Source of the DNA: Pecten maximus
Taxonomy: Eukaryota
Reading direction: 5' to 3'
DNA length: 64,000 nucleotides
Assembly (NCBI RefSeq): GCF_902652985.1
Contig: NC_047017.1
Coordinates: 4,588,001 to 4,652,000 of the forward strand
Positions 36,540-47,485 of the stretch are shown here, in pieces. Made by a program: the position numbers and the translations under genes. How positions within the stretch are numbered: position 1 is the stretch's first letter; every line of letters begins with the position of its first letter. The notes under the pieces were generated by a model. That model had not been told where the DNA came from. It did no database searches and was given only the letters and a program-made list of their open reading frames with translations.

Positions 36540-36680
36540 GGTGATTAAAGGTCTCTAGATCCGTGTTTTCTGTAAAAAATTTGTTTTTAAATTATGGTTA
36601 CTAGTGATTAATTTTTAAACATACTCAGTTAGTCTATGTCTTGTTATTAATTATTTTGATATATTTCACCCAACACTGAT

Positions 36681-37053
36681 TTTTAGGTCACCAGAGACAA
36701 AGTCTGTGGTGACCTATTGCGATCGCCTTTTGTAAGGCGGCATCCGTCGTGGGTCTAAACAATCTGCATTTTCAACTTCTTCTCAATTACCAACAGGCCC
36801 AGAGATCCAATATTAGGTCTGTAGCATGCTGGGATGAAGGGCTACCAAGTTTGTTCAAATGGATGACCTTGACCTTCATTCAAGATCACAGGGGCCAAAT
36901 ATGCTTAAATTTTTAAACAACTTCTTCTTGATAACCAAAAGGCCCAGAGACCCAATATTAGGTCTGTAGCATGCTGGGATGAAGGGCTACCAAGTTTGTT
37001 CAAATGGATGACCTTGACCTTCATTCAAGATCACAGGGGCCACATATGCTAAA
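36681..37053 (+). mobile_element. 3'-truncated HINE/pearl-like element in the first intron of the PhyH-family gene
   Basis: TTTAGGTCACCAGAGACAAAGTCTGTGGTGACCT 5' hairpin and two internal repeats of 145-bp period (36796, 36941). Confidence 0.8.
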
Positions 37054-37142
37054 ATATATTCAGCACTGTTAGATTTCAATATAACACTAAAGCCAGTATA
37101 AAGCTGTGGGTATTTCTTGCAAGGCAATTTGGTACTGTAGAT

Positions 37143-37251
37143 CACAGGGGCATGTCCAGTTTCATTTTAAATAGATAGCCAGAAATACCTATATAGATTC
37201 TATAAGTATTTCTGGCTACTTATTTAATTTAAGACAAGACATGCCCCTGTG
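37143..37251. mobile_element. 109-bp fully palindromic (foldback) MITE
   Basis: CACAGGGGCATGTC...GACATGCCCCTGTG with inner arms TAGCCAGAAATAC/GTATTTCTGGCTA; flanks TGTAGAT/TTAAGAT; a half copy lies at 55878. Confidence 0.8.
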
Positions 37252-37410
37252 TTAAGATCTTAAATTTGAGGCCCGGTCAGGTCACATTAAGTAATGAAAT
37301 TGTCTTTCTTCGTCATTTGTGTTACTACATGTTGTATGTAATATCCAATATATATCCTGCCTATAATAAAATGTGCCAAGTGCCTGTGAATACACCAGCC
37401 ACTATATAAT

Positions 37411-37897
37411 ATTCCCCAGAATGAACATTTATGTACACACTGTGACACTCGCTGTATCGAGGATGAAACTCACTTTCTAGTATCATGTACTAAATACAAT
37501 GCTGATAGGAAGGAGCTATTTAATTTCTGTTGTATGAAAGCTCTCAATTTTTCAAATTTAGATCAAGAACAAAAATACATCCGGTTGATGAATAATGAAG
37601 ATGGGGATATTTTAAAGCTGTTATCTAATTTCATTATGTCAAATTTAAAATAATACAAACTATTTCTGTATCCATATCATTGTGTAATGATTTTGTAATA
37701 GCTAATATAGCTGACCTCCAAGTCATAGGTTACAACATGAGCGTGTTACAAGCAATTTTGTTTATGTGTTTGTAATTTACATTAGTATAAATGCATGTCC
37801 ATTCATCTGTCTTTTGGCCACTCTACCTCTTTGTGATTGTATTTCCTATATTTCCCCATGTGGGCCGGAATTTGTTAATAAAGAATTGTATTGTATA
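37411..37897 (+). mobile_element. LINE ORF2 C-terminal fragment plus 3' tail
   Basis: Frame 37411-37653 reads IPQNEHLCTHCDTRCIEDETHFLVSCTKYNADRKELF (CCHC-type LINE C-terminus); AATAAA followed by (ATTGT)2 at 37877-37897. Confidence 0.8.
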
Positions 37898-38671
37898 CAT
37901 ATAATCAAGACAATAAACTTCATAATGTCATAAGAAATGATCATGTATTCAGTGTAAAACATCAGAAATGATGTATTTAGGGTAAAACATGACAATATTT
38001 ACAAATGATCTCTACAAAATTAACAATTATATATATACGTATACCCTTTCTTAATGCAACTATAAATGTGCGAATGTGCGAATGTCAACAAAGCTAGAAA
38101 TGGACAGAATATTGGTCCAGGCTAGAAAAACCATCAAAGTGGTTAACTGAAAGTAAGTACATGTAATATTGGGTGCCAGTGAATATCATTATTATATTCC
38201 ACACATGAAAATTGTGGATTAAAAGATTTACAGAATAATGTAACAAAAAAAATCATCAAAGGGGAATAACTGAAAAAATAAGGGGGGGGGGGGGGGGGGG
38301 GGGGAGCATGGGAATAACTGAAAAAAATAAGGGGGGGGGGGGGGGGGGGGCATGGGCTTACTAATACCCCCCTTCCCTAACAATACAGCTGATATAGATG
38401 GCTTTAAACAAATGTATCAAAAGTGTTGTGGGTTATTATATAATTAGTACAACATGTGATGCAGATTAATTCGACTGTTATCTTTGATCTTCTTCCAGCA
38501 CTGTGATTTTCTGCCCGGTTGTTTACAAGAACAGCAGATTACAAAATGGCCGGAAATTCAAATTTCGTACAATCGTAGTAAATGAATTGACATATTCAAT
38601 TAATTGATAAACCAAATATTTATCAACGGTCATACCAAATAATACATAATAATAACTTATTTAGTACTCAC

Positions 38672-38730
38672 AAAGGCACAAAGGCTCAAGGTGCGTTGAT
38701 CAATACTTCGCCACGGATGTGTGTACCGGA
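38672..38730 (-). other. Probable non-coding first exon / promoter region of the PhyH-family gene
   Basis: Strong donor |GTGAGTA at 38671 on the - strand. YY1-like and ETS-like motifs (AAAATGGCCGGAA, about 38543-38555) lie nearby. The ATG exon has its own acceptor, so an upstream exon is expected. The 5' boundary is approximate. Confidence 0.5.
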
Positions 38731-39044
38731 CTTACACATGTACAGTATAATATCAACATCGAGTACGAGAGTGACGCTAATCCTATTAGACCCGCGCTTT
38801 GACCCATGGTCAGTCAAAGTAAAAATAGCATGACCTCTGACCTCTACCGAACAGGTTTACACAAGTATTATGTAAACATGTAACACTACACCATTCGGCA
38901 GAGCCAGTATGCAAGGTAACTTCAATGTCATGAAATAATGACACAGTAGTGGAATATTGCTGATACATTTTGTATTCTCGTGTTCATAGAACTTCAGTAG
39001 AGTCGGTGTATACTTACTGAGCACATTTGACTGTTTTGTCTAAT

Positions 39045-39073
39045 CAGAGACCTATATAGTATATAGGTCTCTG
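39045..39073. mobile_element. 29-bp palindromic micro-insertion with 7-bp direct repeats
   Basis: GTCTAAT-CAGAGACCTATATA G TATATAGGTCTCTG-GTCTAAT. Confidence 0.75.
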
Positions 39074-40503
39074 GTCTAATGACCAGCATCACTTCACATA
39101 GAACTTTGAGTTGACCACAGGGCCAATTCACTATCGCCTCGTTTTGTACATATTAATAGTTCACAAAACGATACGGTAGTGACGTGGCCCTGTGAGTTGA
39201 CAGTGGCATATCGTACGCGTTTTAATGAGGATTTGTATCGGTAATATGTGAGGTCCGCGAAAACAATTGACACAAGCAATTAAATATAAACTGTGTTTTC
39301 TTCGCCATCTATTAAAAATTTAAAAAATATCCCGTTCTTTATGGGTTTTTTTTTTCAAATCATCCAAATGTAAATATATGAATTGAATGGATTTTTTTTA
39401 TTTCATTTTCATGACGGCTATCTACATATCTTCCGAGGTGCGCGTTACACCACGGATATGCACATCTAGCTACTGCTTTTCATAGCAGCCGTGAAAATGA
39501 AAGTATAATTCAGAAACATGTATTATAGGTTATTAGGTCACCTGAGACAAAGTCTCAAGTGACCTATTCTAATCGCCTTTTGTCCGTCGTCGTCCGTCGT
39601 CGTCCGTCCGTAAACAATTTACATTTTCAACTTCTTCTCCAAAACCACTGAACCAAATTCAATGAAATTTGGCAGGGATCTTCTATGGATACAGGTCAAC
39701 CAAAATTGTGAATTATATGGTCCCCATCCCCCAGGGGCCTGAGAGGCGGGGCCAAAAAGTGTCAAATTGACTAAAACTTCAAAAATCTTCTTCTCTACTC
39801 TCAGGTAAGGTGGAATCAAACACTCTTCATAGATGAAAGGGTCTTAAGGTGCTCTACCAAAATCGTGAATTTCATGACCCTGGGGTCTCATCTTTGCCCC
39901 TGGGGAGTGGGTAAACTTTACTATAGTTTATATAGGGGAATCACATTTTAGACTATTATTTGTTTGATTTGTGTTGGAATTCATTCTAACTTGGTTCAAA
40001 TTATCAGCATAGGATGACAGTTTGATGGTATGTACGTGTTGGCCCTGGTTGACCCCCAGGGGCTGGTGGGCGGGGCCAAAAAGGGTCAAATTGACTGAAA
40101 TTTCAAAAATCTTCTTTTCTACTCTCAGATATGGTAGAATCAAATACTCATCATAGATGGAAGGGTCTTAAGGTGCTTTATCAGAATTGTGAATTTCATG
40201 ACCCTGGGGTCTCACGTTTGCCCCTTTGGGAGGGGGTAAACTTTACTATAGTTTATATAGGGAAATCACATTTTTGACTATTATTTGTTGGATTTACTAT
40301 AGTTGTAGGGAAATCAAATTTTTGACTATCATTTGTTTTATTTGTTTTGAAATTCATTCTAAATTTGTTAACATTATTAGCATGGGATGACTGCTTAATG
40401 GTATGCAAATGTTTGCCCTGACTGATCCTTAGACTGATGGGTCAGGCCAAAAATAGTCAATCAAATTTACTGGAATATTTCAAAAATCAGGTGACCGTTA
40501 AGG

Positions 40504-41319
40504 TGTAACGTTTACGGGGTGTCGTACCCGGTTGATTCCGGGATAAGGCGTGTTAACAAATAACTAAATAGAGCACGAGCTGCTTTCCTAGCAGCTAACA
40601 ACACTCTCTCAATTTATAATACTTAATTAGTAATATATACAATGATTATGTGATTCGTTTATTTACAACGCATGCGTCTAGCCTGACGCATGAGCCCTAT
40701 ACATACGCATGAGCCCTAACAACATATATAGAGAGTATGTTTTATTGCTTGTGCGTTATTTCCCGCACGGTAGTGTACCCTAACTACGCACGAGCAGGTC
40801 GTACTAATTGCCCCGGAGACAACTGTGTCACTGCGCACCGCGTCCTGTGAACGCTGGTGTAAACCAGCCAAGACCCCTACGGCTGCTGCGCAGTATACAC
40901 ACACGTGTAAAGCCTACTACACGTACGTCTTGTGTACGCTCATGCGCCACTCGCCAAACCCTGCACAGGTCGAAAAGAGCGACGCACGAGCCAAGACTGA
41001 TACTAGCACGTATCACTCCAAGCCTCCGCTGTTAGTAGTACCAACCGGTCGTCTGGAACACGTCTTCAGAACTGGCCCGTGAATGAGAATTTCCTCGGCC
41101 TTTTAGACCCTGTCAGAACAGGAATTCTCGCCCTAAACGAGAAGCCTCGTTCTAATTAATCGCCATCGTGGTTCCCATAGCGTTTGTAACAATAGGGTTT
41201 AAAAATCACAGTTAATCAAGCTCCGAATTGACATTGACAAACACGGAAGTATTTACAGTTACAACAATAAAGGTAAGGCTATCTGAGCCTTCTAACATGT
41301 ATAACTTTGATTCGCTACA
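40504..41319 (-). repeat. 3' LTR of the Gypsy element
   Basis: 816-bp copy of 46670-47485; preceded on the - strand by the purine-rich tract GGAGACGTGGGTAG (weak PPT, 41320-41333). Confidence 0.97.
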
Positions 41320-41421
41320 CTACCCACGTCTCCGATGATACTCGTCTCGAGTTCGACAATAGGTAATGAACAACATAATTAAACTAATTTACATTTATTT
41401 ACATCGTGTAGCATGGACCAT

Positions 41422-44400
41422 CTAGCCCTTGAATTCAACATAGTGATCGTTGAATCTACCAGGACGCTTCCTAGACCTAACTGGTCTGGATTCTTTGCTT
41501 TGGACCGCATCCTCTGACTCCGCATTTGATTCTTCGTCAGTATTGACTGCTTCAGCTTCAGGAATTTCCACATCCTCTTGCTCTTCACCCGAGGGATCTA
41601 CTTCCTCATGCTGATTACTGCTGGATTCCTCGCCCCGCAATACCTGTCGTGTATGGGGACGCATGCGGTCATAATGGACGACTTGTGGTTTTCCTCTGAG
41701 ACCACAGTCTACTTCATATAAGACTTCTGAGACCTTTCTCAATACTTGATAAGGACCTCTCCAAAATGAAGTGAACTTCTTGCTGGTTCCAACCTTCTTG
41801 ATAGGGAAGTACACAAACACTTCGTCGCCAGCTCTAAACTTTCCCAATGAGACAGAACGATCATGATATCGCTTCTGTCGTTGAATTGCTCCAGCTATGT
41901 GTTTCCTCGCATGCGTGTGCGCTTCTTCTAAGCGTTCCTGCAACTCCCATGCCCATATGGTGTTGTATTGTTTCTTCAGTGGGTTGGGAAGCTCATACGC
42001 AACATCCAGCGGGGTGCTCGTTTCTCGCCCGATCATCATCAGATTTGGTGAGCATCCTGTAGTCTCGTGGACTGATGAGCGATACGCCATCATAACATAT
42101 GGAATGTGTTGGTCCCAATCTCTGTGATGATCCTCTACATATGCGCTCAACATAGTGGCTAAGGTTTTGTTGAAACGCTCCACCATACCATCTGATTGGG
42201 GATGGTAGGGAGTCGTTCTCGTTTTTGTGATTTGTAACAAATCACACATTTCTTTGAAAACCTTCCCTTCGAACAGACCTCCTTGGTCGGAGTGGATGTA
42301 TGTAGGAACTCCGAAACGACTTATCACCTCTTCAACAAGAATGGTAGCAACGGTTTCAGCCCTGAGGTCTGGCATAGGAAATGCCTCTGTCCATTTACTG
42401 AAGTAATCGGATGTGACTAGAATGTGCCTGTTTCCGTCCTCAGTTTCTGGTAAATCAGTCATGATATCGAGTGCAATCCTCTCCATGGGCATACCTGAAT
42501 GTACCACTTGCATTGGGGCTTTTTTAGTCTTCGACGGATTTTTCCGTTTGGTGCACGTCGCACAACCAGCGATGTACGCTTGTACATCTCTTTGAAGTCC
42601 CGGCCAAAAGTACTTCTGTCTTACTTTTGCCATGGTTTTGCTAACTCCAAGATGCGCACCAGAGCGGTTGTCATGTAGACCTTCCAGAATGTTTCTTCTC
42701 TCCGTCAGGGGCACAACTATCTGTTGTATACTGTACTTTTGTCCTGGCGGTGTCCAAGCTCTACATAGCAAGTCTTGGTGTATAGAAAGCAATTCCCATT
42801 GACTCCATAAACACTTCACAAAGAAGTTGTGTGCTGTGATATCCTTATAGGATGGCTTCTCACTCATTTCTAACCACTTTCGCACGAGTTCAATGTCTTT
42901 GTTCTCCTGCTGTCTCTGCAGCATCGTATGGACATCGTCCATATTAACGTCAGTCGCATCAGATGTGCACTTCAAGGTAGAAGCGGCATTCTCCTGGTTG
43001 TTCGTCCAGCCACATTGTTTGCATGGGTATCTGCTCAACGCATCCGCGTTCCCATGCTTTGGACCTGGGTGGTGCTCCACCTTCATATCATATTGACTGA
43101 TAACCTCCATCCACCGAGCGAGCTGCCCTTCTGGGTCTTTAAAGTTGGTGAGCCAACGGAGGGAGCTGTGATCAGTCCTAACTATGAAGGTTCGCCCATA
43201 CAAGTAATGCCTGAAATGTTTTAGATACTGTACCACCGCAAGCAACTCTCGCTTGGTAACACAATACTTTCTCTCGCTTTTAGAGAATGTTTTGCTGGCA
43301 TACGCAATTGGTCGTTCCTCCCCATCGAAAACCTGGGATAGAACTGCTCCAGAGGCAAATCCACTTGCGTCTGTGTCCAAAATGAACATTTTCTCAAAGT
43401 CTGGTAAAGCGAGAATTGGTGCTTTAATGAGTGCGTTCTTCAATGTGCTGAATGCGTCACTGCATTCCGTTGTCCAGTTGAACTTGGTGCCCTTCTCCGA
43501 GAGCCGATGTAGCGGTTTCGCAATCGCTGCAAATCCCTGAATAAATCGTCGGTAGTAGCTGCATAAGCCCAGGAAGGACTGTACTTCGGTCAGATTCGTA
43601 GGCCTGGGCCAATCTTTAACCTTGGCTATCTTCTCGGGGTCGGTAGATACCCCTTCTCCTGAAATGATGTGTCCTAGGTACGCGACCCGCTTAGAAAACA
43701 GTGTGCACTTCTTGGCTTTGAGCTTTAGTCCCGCAGCCTCAAGGCGATCAAACACGTTCTCAAGGTTCTCAATCATGTCCTCAAAGGTGCTACCAACAAC
43801 GATAATATCGTCCAAGTAGATCAGGCAAATCTCATAATGCAGGCCAGCGAGCACACGTTCCATTAGACGCTCGAACGTGGCAGGCGCATTGCAGAGACCG
43901 AACGGCATGACGCAGAACTGGAAAAAGCCTTTACGTGTAGAGAAGGCTGTCTTCGGTCTATCTTGTCTGTCGAGTTCCACTTGCCAGTACCCAGAGAACA
44001 GGTCGAGTGTTGAAAACCATGCGTTACCCGATAGATGGTCAAGCGATTCCTGGATTCTCGGCAGTGGATATGCATCCTAAGGTAACGGCATTGAGTTTGC
44101 GGTAATCTACACAAAACCGTGTTGTCTTATCTTTCTTTTGAACTAGCACAATACCAGACGACCACGGCCCTGTAGATGGCTCAATCACCCTTTTCTGTAG
44201 CATATCCTCTACATGCTTGTCCACTTCACCGGTCATATGAACTGGTACTTTGCGCCATGGTTGTTTTATCGGCTGCGCATCTCCAGTTTTTATCTGGTGT
44301 TTTACCAACTGTGTACGTCCGAGGTCCAAGTCAGATGACGCAAACAGATTCCTTCGTTTAGCTAAAAACGCTTTAACCTTCTGTATCTGATCCCCTATCA

Positions 44401-46602
44401 AATGCTCACGAGACCTCTCAAGTAGTTGATGTAGCTGTTCATCCAGGTACGCTGTGTCCGCCATTGCTGTCCGATCAGTGGTTTTATGGGTTATACGCTC
44501 CACTGGTGAGAGCTGTTCAACTATTGTTCCTCCGTATATCATTTGTGGCTCCTCTGTAACATTCATTAGTCTTACAGGAACACAATTAGCCGCAGGAGAA
44601 ACTGCAGCACGAGCCACCAATGCCCTATCCGCGCTGATAAATCTATCTGTCGGCTCCAGTACACATGTGCCTGGTATTCGTGATCTTTTCTCGGCGATAA
44701 CATTCCCTACGACAATCATTTCACTGGCTGGGGGAAGACAGATATTTTCAGAGACAGCGACCCGGTAACAGCCGTAGGAACCTTCGAATAGCAAAGGGAT
44801 GTTGATGTCGCGCATTCTCAGTAACCCCTGAGCAATGTCAACCATACAACCCTGCTCTATCATGAAGTCCATTCCTAGCAAACCATCAATAGTTAGGTCA
44901 GCAATCACGGTCGTCATTTCTACAGTGCGTGCTCCCAGAGAGAAGGGTAGTACTCCTGCACCGACCACCTCCAATCTGCTGCCATTCGCTGTCTTAATCA
45001 GCTTATCCATGTTTTCCAGGCTAGGTCGATCGTCCTCCCTAATCCTGTCAAACACATCTCTTGAAACTATTGTTACCGTAGATCCAGTGTCTACTAAAAG
45101 CTTCACTTCCATGCCCTTGATAGTTGTCTGTATGTATATGCCGGCGTCGCAAGCTGCGCTAACTCCTGCGCTGTGGCTGACAGCATCTGTCTTATGCGTA
45201 GGTTTTCCATGCAGTGCATTGGTTTTACCGTCCGCCTTTTTCTGTTCCTTATTCTGTTTCTTTTTCGGGCAGTTTCTGGCTATGTGGCCATTTTTCTTAC
45301 AGAAAAAGCATTGAATGTCTGTGTTACGATTCGGCCCAGATTTGTTTGGTGTGTCGTGCGCACGTAGTTTCTGACTCTGTGGTTTGGCCTTCATCGTCGC
45401 CATCAAAGTTTCCATATCCTCCTGTAACTTTTTTAGGGACTTACTGAGCGCCGTTATATTGTCATTCTGATCCTGTTTGTTCTCATCATCAACGACGGCT
45501 GCTCTCGTATGATGCTTTTTCTCCGATTTATTATACGCCTCTAACTCCACAGCAAGCTGTACAGTTTCATTGAACGTGCGAGGCCTCGACTGCTTAATGC
45601 GCACGCGCATCTCAGAGTCATGTAATGCGTCTATAAAATGCTCCTTCGCCAACGTTTCCTGCAAATCGTTTGGCGCCGTCGGGTAAGCTAAATAGGTCAA
45701 TCTTCTTATAGCTTGCCCCAACTCAGGTAAGGATTCGGACGCCTTTTGCCTCTTCTCCTTTAACTGCGCTCTGTACAAATCGGTCTGGTTTGGGGGAGCG
45801 AAGCGTTGTTCCAGTGAACGTACGAGCTCGTCATAGTGGTCTCTGGAGTCGGTTGGAAGGTTACCCAATACACCTTGTGCTTGGCCACGTAATGACACGG
45901 CAAGATATAAACCCTTTTCCTCCTGTGACCAGCGGTTAAGTTTGGCGCATGCGTCAAAATGCGTGCGGTAATCTATCCATGAGCCGGTTCCGTCATAAGT
46001 AGAAGGTTTGATATTTCTAGGTAGCTGCCTCCGTGTAACAGGTGAGTCTTGCCCTGTATATTGTTCTCGCGCTACTGCCAAGCTCGGGAGCTGCCTTCTG
46101 CGTGTCGTAATCCTACTAGCAGACTGGCCTCTCAGAAAGGAATTGCCCACATGCGTATTCGCCGCACGAGCTAAATCATCCTCATGCGTATCTGCCGCAT
46201 GCGCATTTGGTGTATAACTCAAATCGGCCGATGCGTATCTGGCACATTAGAACTTGCCGCATGCGTATCCGCCGCATAACTTTCATCGGCCGCATGCGTC
46301 CCTCTGTAATCCCTGTCAATATCAGGTGTGTCCACTTGATATTCATGGTCCAGATCACTCCCTAGGTCTTGTCGTACCTTTGGCTTGGTCCCCGTTGCGG
46401 TGTCCCTCGTTGTAGTATCGTTTACACTACTAAACGGTCTTGACCCGATCCCAGAGTCCCGGGTGCTCATGCGCCGCTCTGGGCCGGACGTTAGTGGGGT
46501 CGACTGGGCGAGCTGTTGGCGGATTCTAAAACTCTCCTCCCGCATTCGCTCTAGCCGCTTGTCTAGCTCACAAATCTCCTGGTCTTTATCGGCTTCCATC
46601 AT
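41422..46602 (-). pseudogene. Gypsy gag-pol polyprotein with two frameshifts (about 46230 and about 44078); about 1727 aa when repaired
   Basis: Gag YDGTGSWIDY...; zinc knuckle CFFCKKNGHIARNC; protease LVDTGS; RT FCVDYRKLN / MPFGLCNAPATF / YLDD; RNase H LDTDASG; integrase HHCC, D-D-E (ALDI, HSDQG, VERFN) and GPY. Confidence 0.93.
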
Positions 46603-46646
46603 AATATTCAATTGGAAACGTGTGGTTATTTGTAAACAGTTGCCTT

Positions 46647-46664
46647 ATCCCACCGCAGCCACCA
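46647..46664 (-). promoter_or_regulatory. Primer-binding site complementary to the tRNA-Leu 3' end
   Basis: TGGTGGCTGCGGTGGGAT lies 5 nt inside the 5' LTR boundary. Its complement ATCCCACCGCAGCCACCA matches the metazoan tRNA-Leu(AAG/TAG) 3' end ATCCCACCGCTGCCACCA, as recalled, at 17 of 18 positions. Confidence 0.85.
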
Positions 46665-46669
46665 GAATC

Positions 46670-47485
46670 TGTAACGTTTACGGGGTGTCGTACCCGGTTG
46701 ATTCCGGGATAAGGCGTGTTAACAAATTACTAAATAGAGCACGAGCTGCTTTCCTAGCAGCTAACAACACTCTCTCAATTTACAATACTTAATTAGTAAT
46801 ATATACAATGATTATGTGATTCGTTTATTTACAACGCATGCGTCTAGCCTGACGCATGAGCCCTAAACATACGCATGAGCCCTAACAACATATATAGAGA
46901 GTATGTTTTATTGCTTGTGCGTTATTTCCCGCACGGTAGTGTACCCTAACTACGCACAAGCAGGTCGTACTAATTGCCCCGGAGACAACTGTGTCATTGC
47001 GCACCGCGTCCTGTGAACGCTGGTGTTAACCAGCCAAGACCCCTACGGCTGCTGCGCAGTATACACACACGTGTAAAGCCTACTACACGTACGTCTTGTG
47101 TACGCTCATGCGCCACTCGCCAAACCATGCACAGGTCGAAAAGAGCGACGCACGAGCCAAGACTGATACTAGCACGTATCACTCCAAGCCTCCACTGTTA
47201 GTATTACCAACCGGTCGTCTGGAACACGTCTTCAGAACTGGCCCGTGAATGAGAATTTCCTCGGCCTTTTATACCCTGTCAGAACAGGAATTCTCGCCCT
47301 AAACGAGAAGCCTCGTTCTAATTAATCGCCATCGTGGTTCCCATAGCGTTTGTAACAATAGGGTTCAAAAATCACAGTTAATCAAGCTCCGAATTGACAT
47401 TGACAAACACGGAAGTATTTACAGTTACAACAATAAAGGTAAGGCTATCTGAGCCTTCTAACATGTATAACTTTGATTCGCTACA
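46670..47485 (-). repeat. 5' LTR of the Gypsy element
   Basis: 816 bp, 11 substitutions versus 40504-41319 by manual comparison; TATAAAA on the - strand at 47267-47273. Confidence 0.97.

Larger units (their letters stand above)
40504..47485 (-). mobile_element. Full-length Ty3/Gypsy LTR retrotransposon (about 7.0 kb)
   Basis: Two 816-bp LTRs with TGT...ACA ends; 4-bp TSD AAGG (40500-40503 and 47486-47489); PBS; domain order gag-PR-RT-RH-IN; no env. Confidence 0.97.

Noticed and set aside
38261-38356. Duplicated GGGAATAACTGAAAAAATAA-poly-G unit
   Set aside because: A simple local duplication; homopolymer lengths are unreliable in assemblies and no function is evident.
41847-46792. + strand ORFs within the Gypsy element as antisense genes, or an env gene
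   Set aside because: These are shadows of the long gag-pol frame; only about 100 bp separate the pol stop from the 3' LTR, leaving no room for env.
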